A stretch of DNA of 64,000 bases from positions 1 through 64,000 of the IMG/VR virus record IMGVR_UViG_3300018424_005577; one strand, given 5' to 3'. Origin of the DNA: a virus. Each line of letters starts with the position of its first letter. Position 1 is the stretch's first letter. The translations under genes were made by a program, and so were the position numbers. The notes beneath the pieces were generated by a model. That model searched no databases, was not told where the DNA came from, and saw only the letters and a list, made by a program, of their open reading frames with translations. Shown piece by piece: positions 27,757-42,700 of this stretch.

Positions 27757-30700
27757 GTGGTACGTCAGTTGTGCTTGATAGTAAGAAATTAGCTACGTCA
27801 CTATTTGCATCAACTAACCTATGTCCTGGGTTTGACCATACAGTACCTATTTTTCTTACTATAGTCACATTTGTTCCGTTTTCAGGTGGATATGTAAGTC
27901 TTACATATGCACCAATCGCTTTATTTACAGCAAATTCTGCTTCTACATTTTTATCACCTTCTGGCGAATCCTGCGCTGTATAATCATAAACAGCAATAGG
28001 TGTTTTACGAAGTCTACGACCTCCTGCAAATACTTCTATATCTTGTGCTTCCCAATATTCATATGGTATGCTTGCAAAATCAAGTAATCTACCTGTACCT
28101 GTTAAAAGTGTTGTATCTACATCTCTTGGTATGATAAATTCTGTTCCAGATAAATTATTAGGTGCTCCAATTTGTGTAAAATCAGTAGTTCCTTTAGAAT
28201 CAATTATATAACCTCGTCCCGGAATACCTTGACTTACTGGTATAGACACAAGTTCTTTATACCAACCTGTTTGTTCTAATTCGCTCCATTGATCTTCTGA
28301 TGCTGGATTAGGTGTAGGTGCAAACGGTAATAATATTTGCAAATAAGGTATTGCTTTAGGAACAACTACACTAGTCTGCGCTCTATCAATAGGAACATTA
28401 GTTGCAGGATTTACAATTACTAAATCATATGCTCCTACAGGTAATGCCGGAGTTTTAAAATACAATTCTGTGTCATTTACGTATGTAGTTTCGCACTCGG
28501 TTTCTCCTACAATAGCTTTTACATTAGTTTCAAAACCTGTACCATACACAACACAGCTTTGCCCAGGATATCCTATACTAGGTATTGGATCGCCTCCTAA
28601 TGGAAATGCGCTATTGTTGTTGCTTGTAAAATAAAATCTTTCTACGGTTACACCCGGTGAATCTTCGTAAATGGTGCTTGCTATGTCATAGCCGCCGGCT
28701 TCTACTGTCACAACTTCTGTCTCGTCTTTGTATGGTAGATTAGTATCTGCACCTTGTTCAATAATTTTTGTTCCAGCTAGGTATAGATCCTTGACACCTG
28801 TACCTAATGTACCTCTACGTATTTGCAATAATTCATTTCCGTCGACTTGGAAATATTCTATACGCTCTCCTTCAATAAATATCACACCCGGATATTCCGA
28901 ATTAAACACAGGTACCGGAATATTTGTAGCATCTTTAAGTTTTATAGTTTTATCTGTCCATGCTAAATCTTCAGCCAATTCATATGACGTTTCTAACCTC
29001 TTATAATGAGTTCTGTTAAGCATGTCTTTAAATTGACGCCATCCAAATCTTTCTGTAATTTTAGCATTAGCAAAATGTTGTACAACAATTACATCATTTT
29101 CTTGAGGTATTTGCTGTAACTTAATGTATCTATTATCTAATGTTACACTATAATCTATACTTGGTGTTAATAGATTTCCGTTTACAGAAACCCATACATA
29201 TTGAGCATCTTCTGCTGGTGTTGTAAGTTCTATAATACCTCTACTTAGTCTTCTATATTCATAGTAAGCAGTAGTGCCTTCTGTTAATTTAGTTTTTTCT
29301 GAAACTACAAATTTTTGTGTTTCTATGCCCTGACTGTCATGATTACTAAATTGATATACAGTTATTATATCGTCTTCGTTGAACGGTTCATTAAAATGAA
29401 TTGTTCCGGGAGTTTTTATAAAATCGTTATCACTTTCATAATAACCTAATTTAAACTCAGCATCAGTAATTATATAAGCCTGTAGTTTATCTCCAGGATC
29501 GCCTACACCTCTTTCTAGTGTTATTGTGCTACCTGCTTGTTCATCTTCAGGTTTTGTATCGTCAAATGCTCCAGCGCCTTGATAAGTCCATTCTTGTAAG
29601 TATTCTAATTGTCTACCATTAAGATATAATTCAATCTCGTATGCATTAACAGCACCTACCGGAACTTGTGTTAAATCAAAGGTATAGTTTCTGTTTGATG
29701 TAACTTCAAACTGTTCTGTATATCCTGGATTTAAAAATCTATCATTTACTTTAACTAGCATAAATGCTCTGGACGGATTTTGCGTAAATGGTGCTTTACC
29801 TAAATCGTATTGCAGTGTACTTCCGTCGGCAACAATAGTGTCTATGGTTACCTGACTATATTCAACATTAATTAAGCCTTTAGAAGCTATAAGCAATTTA
29901 ATAACTGCTGTATCAAAAGGTGCTTCTGCAAATTTAATCACATAGTTTCCTGGAAGTTCATATGTATCATCACTTTTAAACAGTTGTACATTAACAACCT
30001 TTCCATTGATAGTAACAAATGCTTCAGAATTTTCTTCAAACCTACTATTTGTTAAAAACTCTACAGTTTCTCCATCGCCTACAAAATCGTCTATATCGAT
30101 AATAGATATAGATGACAAACCTATAGAAGCAACAAATATAGTAGCATTATCTGCGGGTGCAGTATTAAACACAATATCTTTTGTGTTAAAATCAATATAA
30201 TAAGTATTCTTTTCTTGAATTATATTATCAATTTTTACAAAAAGATTATCTCTTGTAACTGGCGAATCGCCTATGTTAAATCTAACAGTCTGGCCGTCTC
30301 CCCTATAGTTTCTAGAAACTATTTGACTTGCTCCTCCTGTTGATTTTTCAAATACGGTAATATCTAAAGTATCAACAACTTGCCCTGGAACAACTTCCTC
30401 AGGGCCTTGTGATGTTGTTACAGTAACAAAACCGTCTCCGTCTATGTTAATATCTGCAGAATTCAAGCCAGTAGCACTTTGATATGAAAGATCGCCGCCT
30501 TGTATTAAAGCATCATAAGAATCATTATCAGGTTTAAATGCACCATCTGAAGTTATTTTTCTTACGTAGAATACATCGCTTTGTCCAAATGTTATATTGA
30601 TATTATCTAAGTTAATTCTTGTAGTAACTCCGTCGCCTACTATTGACGCCATAACAACATCAGGTTTATTTAATAAAGGAGCTCCTTCATAATCAGGATC

Positions 30701-33700
30701 ATCAAGTCTAACTGCAATATCAGAGCCTGTAGCTTTGAAATATATGTTATATGTTACTCCGTCTTCTAAAGGCTTTGCTAATTCTAAATAGTTAACAATG
30801 CTACTAGGTATAGCATTTGCGTTTATACCTGTATCTATGTTTATGTTTGTATCAGTTGAATTTACAATTTGTGTACTTAATAATGTACTGTCATCGTATC
30901 TTATTTCGCTTTGGGTATCAAATTCTTGATCGAACTGAGCCGAAACATTAAGAACATTTGCAGAACCTGTAACAGAAGCACTACCTTGTGCATTAGTATT
31001 ATCTTGAGTAATTCTTGCACTTCTTAGGTTAATATCTTCAGGGAATGTAATTTCTACTAATTTTCTATAAATTATTTCATCTTCAAAAGTAGTGTCATAA
31101 AGATCCCAGCCTCTACTCATCCAGGGCGCAGAATCCCATCCGCTTATTCCTCCAAAGTCAAATGATTTAACTTCTACACCTCCATAGTCAACACCTGTCA
31201 TTAATTGACCTAATGTTTTACCAAACTGATCAACTGTAGGCTCATATGCTATGTTAATTCTATCCTGAGCATTTAACAAAGAAATATCTTTATGATATTC
31301 TATTTTTATTTGCGCCTCGTCAGCTGGAGGATCTATAAATTCAATTTGACCATAATATCTATCATAACCTTTAGAAGTATCTAAAATATTTTTGTATGCA
31401 TAATTTCCTGCTAACACTTCTGTGTTATCAATAGATACTGTAACTTTAGTTGTACGTAAATCCATTGGCCATAGTAAATTGAAGAATACTTTACTACCTG
31501 TTGCTACAAAATTTTCTGTTGTAGATAGGTTAATAAATTCAAACTCTCCTGATACCCTGTCAAATTTTACTACAGTATTCATCGACCTTACTGGACTTCC
31601 GCCTAGAATTGCTACAGCCTTTGCACTACGACCTCCGTCTGCTATAGTTCCGTCTATAGATACTGTTGGCATGCTAAGATAACCTGATCCTTCTGTAACT
31701 ATCTGTATAGAAGTAATCGTGCCTCCTCTACCAAGCGAGGCTTTTGCTATTGCTCCGGTGCCGCCGCCGCCGGTGACAGTTACAACAGGTGTAGTAACAT
31801 AACCAGACCCAGGATCAGCAACTGCTATTTCTTTAATACTATAACCTGCATTATCCGCCCAATGCTTATCAGGATATGTTGTAATTGGTCCTTCTTGTGA
31901 AACTAAATTATCATCAATTACTTTTACAGTTCTTGTAATAATATTGTCAGTACCTTCTATATATAAAGGAGGCAAGTCAAAATCTGTAGTCATTGACTGA
32001 GAATTATCTATTTTTTCGTAACTACTTAAATATTCTCTAATTTTAGTCTTATACGGTTTTACTTCTTTAATATATTTTTCGTAACTAGGCAAATTATCGT
32101 TTTGGAAATTAATTTTTTGATCTAATTCTCCTACGTTATGCTGTGCTTTTATAAATGATGTTTTAAATGCCCAATCTACATAATTTTGCTCTGCAAAAAC
32201 ATAACGTAAACTTGAGAAAAACAATTTATTATATTCAAGTGCTAAATCATCAACAAAAATATCATCTCTAATTGCTTCTAGAACAATTCTTAATTCTACG
32301 CTTGGCTGACCGTCAAATGTTAATGTATCAAATGTAGTTGTATCATAGCCTACTAAATTTTTTGACACATCATATAAAGTATCTGACAACTGGATTGTAC
32401 CATTTTGTCTGCCAACTGTTTGATAATTTATAGTGTAGTCGACACCGGTTTGGTTATCAATTTTTTCTAGAAGTAACCATCCGCCTGTGCCTACAGATTG
32501 AATTTTTACAATATCACCTATTTCATTGTCTAAGCCTTGTAGTTCGTAAGCAAAGTCTATAGATTGATTTATTTCTGTAAATTGACTATAACCATCTTCG
32601 TACCAATCTACATATTGCCAGTATTGATTAACATCATAACTTTGACTTGCTACTCTAATCCATTCATCAGTAGTAGTATCTCTTTCATACAATGCCCATC
32701 TACCGTTTACAGTTGAATCTGATTTGACTAAGACTGTAAATCTTCTTACTGAAATAGATGTATTTGAACTATTGTAATTTTCTCCAGCATTAATAATATT
32801 TGTGTCTGTTATTTTTCCGTTACTATCTATAACGGTTTCTATAACAGCATTTTGTCCTGTGCCAAATACTTCTACTGTTGGTGCTTGTAAATAGCCTCTA
32901 CCTGGTTGATTTATTTCTACTCTTACAATTTCGCCATTTTCTACAACAGGAGTTAGCGATGCTTGGTTAGCTTTAGACACACCTACAAACTGTAATTCAG
33001 TTACGGTGTCTACTGTTGTGTCAAAGAGTCTACTTGCAACACTGGGCTCTGCTTCTTTCTCAGTTAGCCTGTTAAGATTTTTATCATCGACTATTAAGTT
33101 ATCTAAAAGAACACTGTTTATTCTGTTTACTACTTCTTTTAGAGCTTCTACTCTATTGACAAACCAAGTTTGTCTAGGTCTATTTAAAATACCATAACGC
33201 TCTTTTATACTTAATTCCGGAGCAGGTACAGGCCTATCTGCAAGATCCCAACCTATTAAACTGTCAAACCATTTTTGTTCAATATCTCTGTTAGGTTTGC
33301 TTGTTTCTAATCCATCAGATATAATTTGATACTGATTATGTATATTAATATCTTGATCTTCTATTGTCCAATATTGTACACTTATAGCAACTTCGTTGCC
33401 TCTAATTAACGATTCACAATTAAAAAGAGCAAACTGTGTAGGACTAATAAAGCTAACAAATCTATATCCTTGTCCAGCAGGATCTTCTATTAGTTGTGCA
33501 ATACTATTAGCACTTAAAGTTCTATCCTCTATATTAGGTACTGTTGTCTTTTGTCCTACCCAGAAATAATAATATGTTGTAAATGTTTTACTTGCTTTAT
33601 CATAAACTTGCTTAGTAACATAAGCATTATTTCCGTATTTGCTTTTTCCGCTTATACCTTTAGATGCTCCGCGTTCAGTTCCTGCTTGCTTATCCCATTC

Positions 33701-36700
33701 TTCAGGTAGTACTGTTGATTTTACCCATTCGTAAACATTAATGGAATTAGTATTTGAATACTTTTTGTTCCAATTGTTTGCACTAAAGATTACATCAGAC
33801 TGATAAGGATTAATAAATTTAGCAGTTGTTAAATCCCACCATAATTTACCTACTTGGATCTCGCCCCAACTATTTGTAGTATCTACATTTACACCTGTTC
33901 CAACTGTATAAGTTGCTGGATCATAATACGTTTTATAAGATAGTTCTTGTTCTGCAGGTCCTGGAATTTTACCTTGTAATACATCGACATAATCTAAATA
34001 TTGTATTATTTCGTTGTCCGAAGTATTATATAACATAACACGTTTTATTTTGTTTACATCGACAGTAGGTTTACTTTGTCTTAATACTGACCAAATATCT
34101 TTCTGTTTATAAAAATCAACAACTGTACCTGCCGTGTTTGCAGAATATTCAACTAATGGCATACCTGCATAAATGTGATTGTTTGAAACTTTAATATTAG
34201 AACCAAATAATATTGTAGAGCTATCATCAAAATCTATCATCTGTCCGTAAATTAAAGAATCGTCAATTCTTTCATATACCCTAATTACTCCAGAATTATT
34301 ATCGTAAGACCTAATTTTAGTTAAGTCATTGTCAAAAGTTGTTGTATTACTATCAAATGTATCTTGTACAAAAGAGTCGCCATTTCTACAACCAACAACA
34401 AGATTGTTCCCATCAAAATCAACTTTATAACCAAATAATTCTGCTTTGTCTTCTGCTGGACTATAGAGTTCTTGAGATAATTCAAATATTCCGTTTACTT
34501 GTTTGTATATGTAAACTTTTCCAAAATCAACACCTTTATCGTCGTTGAATGGCGCACCAACTGCTATGATTCTGCCATCAGCACTAATAGAAATAGTAGA
34601 TCCGTATTCGGTAGTTTTACTCGGAGCCGGTATTTTTTGATATCTTACAAAAGATCCGCCGTCGTTTCTATAAACAACTAAACTATTATCTTTACTATCT
34701 TCATACTTTACTGAAACAACTAAAACTTCACCATTCTCGCTTACATCAAAACTTTCTGCAAATTCTGCTAATAGATCTTGATCAAGCACTGTGCTGATGT
34801 CATCTCCGATTAAAAGTCCTGTATCATTAGGTATATAACCAAGGTAATCTTTGTTTGTTTCTAATAAAGTCCAATTTGAAATATCAAATAATCCGGGAGC
34901 CATATTAGTAACAGATTCATACAAATTACCATCATAATATACAATATCATTTTCAAAATATGTTCTGGTGTTTTGATACTGTCCTCTGTATTGCTTATCT
35001 CTACTAAATTCCCAACCAAAAGAATAATCATCATTTACACCATTATTAATGATGTAAATCCTACCTTTGCTATCATCATAGACTAAATTGTTAGGTTTAT
35101 CATTTTGCGGATAACTTCCTAAACTTTTAACAAACAACTTATACAAGTCGCCTGATTTAGACATTTTAAGTTGGTGACCAAGTTTATTATAATTACTTCT
35201 ATCTGGTATTGCAAATGCACCTAATTTGTTGTATAGGCCTGTACCTCGTCTTTCAAAGACAGTATACATTCCTTCTTTTTCAAGTCCGCTACTTGTTCCG
35301 CCTGCAACTACTGGTAAATTAAATACCTCAGTCCAATCATTATTATTTTCTGCAGGAGCATTAGCTGTTCTAGGTATACCAAATACATCGCCTTCTCTGC
35401 TAAACCAATATTCCGGACCTTGAGCACCGTCTGATACATTTTGCCCAGTAACATTTACTAATACTTGTTGTTCTGTTACAGGTAAAGGGAATCCTGCATC
35501 GATTGCAATTAACTTTCCTATACCAGCTTGAGGTAATGAAAAACTTCTCGTTCTAATTTGTCCGAATTCTGCTGAGCCTGGTGACCCGTCATTTTTTGGA
35601 GGAAGATCATATTCTGTTCCTGCGTCGGCTGGGTCTGTAGAGCTTAGATATTCAACCGATCTATTATCTCCATATTTTTGTCCTGCCGCCCAAGTACCAG
35701 ATACGTTTTTCAAATATAATCTAGTATCCTGACCGTTAAATTTCTGATAAAATGCTATTTCAGCTGTGCCGCCATTTACAGTATCTCTAATAGTAAGACC
35801 TACCTTTGGCTCTTTAAATAAATTTTGATCTAAGGGATTTGGTATTGTAAGTTCTACATCAATAAATCCGTCATAAATGTCATAGACTTTATGTGTTTTA
35901 TTCAATGTTTCTATAGCAAGACCGATATCGCTAGGGTCTTTAAATATTAATCCGTCTAACGGTTCATAAAACAAGCTATTAAATTGGTCATTATTGTCTA
36001 AAAACTCTTCTGGACTTGTGTGAGCAGTTTTAACTCTCCAGTATATTGTATCATATGCACTAGTTGCATATTTTAAAACTGTACCAGAAACATAATTTGT
36101 TAATGGTTGCCATACTCCGTCTTCAAATTGCGGAAGAGAATTGTAAAATAAATCAATAGTATCGTTATCGTCGTCACCAGGAGCAACTACATTCAAATTA
36201 TTAGTTAATTCATCTGGCGCTTTTACAACAAATATATTACTTGCAAAATCATCTGTTACATTTAACGGTCCTGGTGCTCCGTAATATGAAAGATTAGCAA
36301 TTCTAGTATAAATGTCGTCGTCTGAATAAAAAGGATTATTTGCTAAAACTTCGTCAGCTCTATAGTCTAAAATGTTATAATAGAATCTATTTGGATCAGC
36401 TTCTCCGTTTGGTACAATATCAAAATAAACTAAACCTCTACCAGTATCTGAATTAATTTGATCTACATTTACATTTGCAGGAAGATTAATTTTCCAATAT
36501 CCTCCCCAATATTCATCATACCCAATTACTTCATCAATAGGTGCTACAGTTTCATATTCACCAACAAATTCACCAATAGTAGTAGTTAAAGATCCAGCTG
36601 TTCCAAAACTACCATTAACATCTTTCAAATAAATTGTAGTATTTGCAGTAGCATCTTGTTCAGTAGAAGGATTAAATGTGTAACTTACAGTACCAAATCC

Positions 36701-39700
36701 GCCAGCCACTTCTACAACTTGACCTATTAAAGGAATAACGTTTGCTTCTGGTACAAATAGTATCACATCTATTTTTTCTTGAATAGTATGATCGCCTGAA
36801 ATAAAAGAGCTATCTAATCCAGGAATATCTCCCTGGAACGGCTCTACTGCTTCTAATTCATCTTGTATCTGATCCTGATATGCATAACTTAAAGTATTCC
36901 ATTTTAGTTTTAATGTATCTCCGATACCTGAACCTTGATACATATCTAACGGAGCTCTTACAATTATATGATCAACTTCTGTGCCAGTAAATGGATAGTT
37001 ACCTGTCATTAACGTAGGTGTATTTTCGCTGTCTGAAGCAGTAAGGTTTAGTTCTGTTCTAATACGTGCAATAGATTCAAAACTTCCAAATACAATATTG
37101 TCAACTGCACCTAAAATGTCTGTAGTAGCTTGCCATAAACTGTCTTGGTACCTTACAATGTCTCTATCTGAGTAATTAGAAGACTCAACAAAATTATCTT
37201 TAAACAATGTTGTTACATTAGACGCATCAGGGGAACCAATTACTAAGTATCTGCCGTCTGTAGATACCGCAAGTGCGGCACCAAATCGTTGGCCATTATC
37301 TGCTACACTATTATCAGCATCTAAAATCTGTGATACTTTCCAAGTACCTACAGAACCTGCTCTAGTATAAACAAATACTTTACCGTTGTTTGAATCAGGT
37401 GCTCCGATTACAAGTACAGTGTTAGCTTTATTGACTGCTAGTGCTACTCCAAAGTTGGCGTCTTCACCTGCTGTTTCATTTACTAATATTTGTTTTTCTT
37501 GGAATGCATCTGTTCTATCTAAAACCAGCCATTCTTCTTTAGCATCTTTATCTATCCAAAGTCTATTAATTGTTTCTTTATTTTGTTGTAATAATTTATT
37601 TGCTGTATCTATATCGTCTACCCTAGAATCAACAAATTTAATAATTCTACCATTAAGATTTTCAGTTTCTGTTGCTGATGCAAGACCTGTATCATCAAGT
37701 ACTTCAATAGCTGTTCCCGATACAGAGCTAACTTTGTAAAAACTTGCAATTCCGTCTATGTTATAAACGCCTATAATATCATCTTTGGATATATCATCTA
37801 TTCTTGTAGTATCTAGTATTAGTTTGCCACTCGATCCCAATTGTTCTATACTAGTAATATTATAATCTGTACGTAGAGCAGTATAAACATTCCAGATTAA
37901 ATTATCATTGCCTATCCAGAATTTGTCACCTTCTCTAATATTTGCAAATGTTAAAGATAACAAACTATTATACTGATTTAGAACAAATTCTACATCTTCT
38001 GAATTTACATAACCAGAATTTTTTGTGTATGTTTTAGTAACATACTTTTCAGGAAATGGTGCATGATTATAATTTTGCGGACGCAAATATGTTTCAAATG
38101 GCTGTATTCTGTAAACTAAATCAGTTTCTAATCCAGTGATTCTATCTACTAGTTCAAAACTTTGCGGACTTAGGCGCATTTTACTTTCGTCTAATTTATA
38201 CTCAACTTCTTCAAATCCGTCGGCTGCGCCATACTGGCCGCATTTGATTGCCCATTCTTCATAAAATTCTAAACTATCTTTGTCTGCACTGCTTAATACA
38301 TTAAACAATTTATCTAAGGCATTCTGTGTGCCTTTATCTTGTATCATTCCCTGATAAAACTTATACTGACTTACATCATCATTAATAATATTTGCTAGGT
38401 AGTCTCTATTTTGATATCCTATCAAATGCTGTGCAAATTTTTGCTGTTCTATATCAAAATTATCTGTGTCTAAATCATAAAAATCTGCAAATTGATTAAC
38501 CTTGTATTCAAAGTTTGGAATAAGTTTCATCTCTGGGTCTTCTGACAGACGTACCCATTGATTAGCATCAAATACATTATTACCCGGAACCTTATTTCTT
38601 GCAGTGTAGAAAAACTCTTTATACTTAACAAGGTCACCTATAGCATAATCTTTCCATTGTTCCCATTCGGTAACTCTTGCATTATCAAAAATAAAACCTG
38701 GAACATTTAAACTACCGTCCCAGTCTGTAGTTCTATAACCTAGTACTTTAATTCTTTCTTGTCTATAGCCTGGTTCTTGATCATAAATTATATCTCCAAA
38801 CACTGTTTTGTTGTCTATTAAAACTACATGTTCTTTTTGAACAAGAGATAATCTAATTCCAAATATACCATCAGCAGTAGCCTTAGGCTTAATTACAAAT
38901 TCGTTTGGATTCTCTCTCGTTAGTCTAGCATTCTGCGGTTCTAACTTTTTGCCATCAGCTTTAAATAAACTGTATCCATAAAAAGTATCGTAAATATCAT
39001 CTACTATAGAATACTCTGAATTAAATTTAATTTGAAATGCGCCCGGGCTTAGGGTAATAACACTGCCTGCTCCCCAATTTTGTGTTGTCCAGAACATAAA
39101 TTCTTTGGAGCTAGTTTGCCAGTCTGCAATAAAACCATTTTCTTCGTCAAAATAATCAAAAACAAAGCCCTGACTTTCTAAATATTTTCCGTATCCTAAC
39201 AAAAAGTCAACAACCTGTTGTATAGTTGTGTAAACTGTTCCGTAAGAAACTTTTTCAGGAATTGTTGAGAATGTTCTCCTAAATACTGCTTGACGACCAC
39301 CTACAACTGGTAGTTCTGGAATTTTTGCAAATTTTGTACTATCAAATTCAGTTGTGCTAGTATGTGTTGTTGTTACACGATAATAATTATTTTCAAATTC
39401 TACAATAGATCCTGCACTATATAATTTATTAGAATCCCATAATATAAATGTTTGACTTACGCCGCCCACATTAATAACAGGATCACTTTCTATTTCAAAC
39501 GGTCTATAATATGTAAAATAAGGTTGTTGTACATTGTAGCCTTTTACAACAAAACCGTAACTTTGTTTTTCTATGATTACACCGCTATAGGTTATATTTT
39601 TTATAGGACTACTTGTGTTTAAAAATATTTTGTAATTTTCTTCAGGTACAAAAACATTTCCTTCGTTTAAAGGAGTTCTACTATCTAGCAATAATTTAAA

Positions 39701-42700
39701 TTTGTCTTTAGAAGTATATCCTCCTAATTTAAATCCTATAAAGTTTGAAATATTTTTTAAATTATTTTTATACGAATCATATGTTACAGTAACATCAGAA
39801 GATAGATAATCAAAAACATAATTAACAAATCCACTTGTATAAACTCGTTGTGTATCCTTTATAGTATTTGGAAAAACAATATTAGATAGTTTTAATTGAA
39901 CATTAGGATTATCATAGATAATGTCATCTACTAATCCTCTTTTTTGACGAAGTCTGTCCCATGCTACACTCATTGACCTATTAGGCTGGTTAACAAATAT
40001 AGACGCAACTAAAGCAAATGGATATTCTGAGCTATTTCTCCATGTAGTCTCTACAGGACTATGGTCGCCATATACAAAGTTAAAATCAAGGTCAGTTGTA
40101 ATAAACTCTTTGACATAACCGCTGTATACAGGACTTACCAACTCGCCATTTTCGTCTACAGGCAAATGATCTAATAAATCCGGACGTTTGTATTTTTCAT
40201 TAACTGTATACGAACCTTGTGCGTTTCTAACTATACCGTTTTGAATATCTTCCCATAACAGGAAATTATTACTTGTATAAGGTGCTTCTCCGTACTGTTC
40301 GTCCCACCAAGTAGGTTTGATAGTAAAGCCTTGCATTTCCCAAGGATGAGTATGCGGACGGTCTGTATCATAGGCCCATTTATAAATTCCGCGCCACCAA
40401 CCGCTAATTGCATTACCGCTTGGATCTAACATTCCTTTATGGTTAAATGTAAAAGAGTTTTCCCTAATATAGTTTATATTGTCTGTGTAATCGTTATCTA
40501 CAAGTTGCAACCATTGAACAAAATCACTTAACATTGTGTCATCTAACTGCTTTTTAGTAACACCTGTATTTCTATATTCGCTAGGCACATAGTCGCTAAT
40601 ATCAAACAGATCCTTGTCATATTCAACTTTAAGGTTATTGTAAATTCTTCTTTCGAACTCAAGAATTAACTCATCTCTAAAATCGCCATAAGTTTTTATA
40701 ATACTTCCGTCATGGCCTTGAATTACTTCAGTAGGTTCTAAATATCTATCGTCAATAAATTTAGTAGGAATATACTTAGGATATAACCCTAATTTTGTTG
40801 GAGTAGCAGGACAGAAAGATCCGTTAGTTGATTCATATTCATAAATTTCTATGACATCGCCGATTTGCTTTATAGTTGTAATAATAGCAAAACCTTCGCT
40901 GTTAAAAGTATAATCAACGCCGTGTACTAATTGAATGCCGTTTTGATATATCTGCACAGCTTTATCGCTTGCATTTTCTAAACTAAATGGATAAGTCAAT
41001 GCAAAAAATTGGAGATCGATGTCATTTATTTCAAATACATTACGAGTCGATGCTCCTGTAGGAATCATGTCTGTAAAATAAAACGGCATTGTATTTGTTT
41101 TATCTTTAAGCATTTCACGTAAGATTAAATCTACGTGTGTTTTAACTGGTCCGTCAAAACCTAGTTCTTCGGCTTTTTTTATAAATGTTCTTTTATATTT
41201 TCCGTATTCTCTTCGAGCATATTTTATAGCCTTTACTAAATTAGATTCTTTGTCTAGTAAATGATATAATGCTAAGTTCATTGGTGCAGAATGTTTTACA
41301 ATTCTTTTACCATATTTTGTAATATCTGTAATATCACGTAAATTACTTACTCCGGGAAATAAACCATCAAAATTATCTGCTTCTTCTACGATAGACCTTA
41401 CATGGTCATTAACTTCGCCTAGTGTAAATTCAGTTATGTTTTCGTTTAAAGGATTTCTTTCAAAATTATTTGCTATTTCGTAGTAACCGTTTTCATTTTT
41501 TACAGCAGAACTACGTGTTTTTATTTTAATAACATCGCCATAATTAGGTGCTACTGTAAAATTAATTACAGATTGATTTTCGTTATTTGTTGTAAGAGTA
41601 TAATCTATATTAGGTTGTTGAATTTGATTATTAACAAAAACTCTAATCCATAAATCTTCTAATAATGCACTTTCATCATATACATCAATAGGATATGATA
41701 TTCTTGTATTATCTACATCATACTGTCTAATAACATTTTGACTACTTAAAGTGTCTGCTTTTTTCCAACCGTTTACATACTCAAAGTCAGAAAGCCCGTT
41801 ATACTTTCTTAAATAACCTATACCGGACAACGTTGTACTATAAGATTCATCGACATATGCAATGCCATCTGAAAGTAAGTCAAAGTTAAAAACTAAATCA
41901 CCTACGTTCTGTATGCTTCTATAAGATAAAGGAAATCCTAATTCTGTATCATTTGTGCCGCTGCCAACTTTATATGAAAAAAGTTTTGTTCCGGTAAAGT
42001 CTTGCGATTCGTAATAATTAGTATCTCCTAAACTGTTACCATTTACATCATAAATGTCAAATAAAGGCGACTGGTTAATTGTTGTTTTGTCTTGAGCTAG
42101 TTGCCAACGTGTTCCGTTGTAAAACAACATTTTACCTTTGTAAACTTCTCCATTTTTACAAAGAACAACTTCATTTTCGATTGGAGCAGAATCTTCAACT
42201 TCTAAAAGCGCAATTTGTCTAGAATTTCCAAACAATATAAAACTTACTTCGTAAATTCTACCATTTACCCTTTCATCAGTATCTGCGGTAAACATAACTC
42301 GCATACCGTTGGCTAAATCTACTCCGTCAACATTGTAACCTTCAGATCCTTCTATAGTACTAAAAACATCAATTGTAAAATCATCAACTAAGTCGATGTT
42401 ACTTTTAACTTGTGTTCCAAAATTAAATAATTTTAAATTAGATTCAAACTCTATAATTGGTCTTACTGCTCTTTTTGTTTGATCTATATTAGCAGGTATA
42501 CCATTTATACTTGCAGATTTTTCAATAATGCTTTTATGGAACCATCTATTATATTTTGACCAAAGGTTACCATCTTTACTACCGCGGTTAATTGTAATAT
42601 AATCTTTGTTGACAGGATAACCAATTGCTTCAGAATATGGCAAGTTGTCAAATCCGTCATTGTCAAAACTTACTTCAAGGTCAGTAGTAAAAGAACTAGG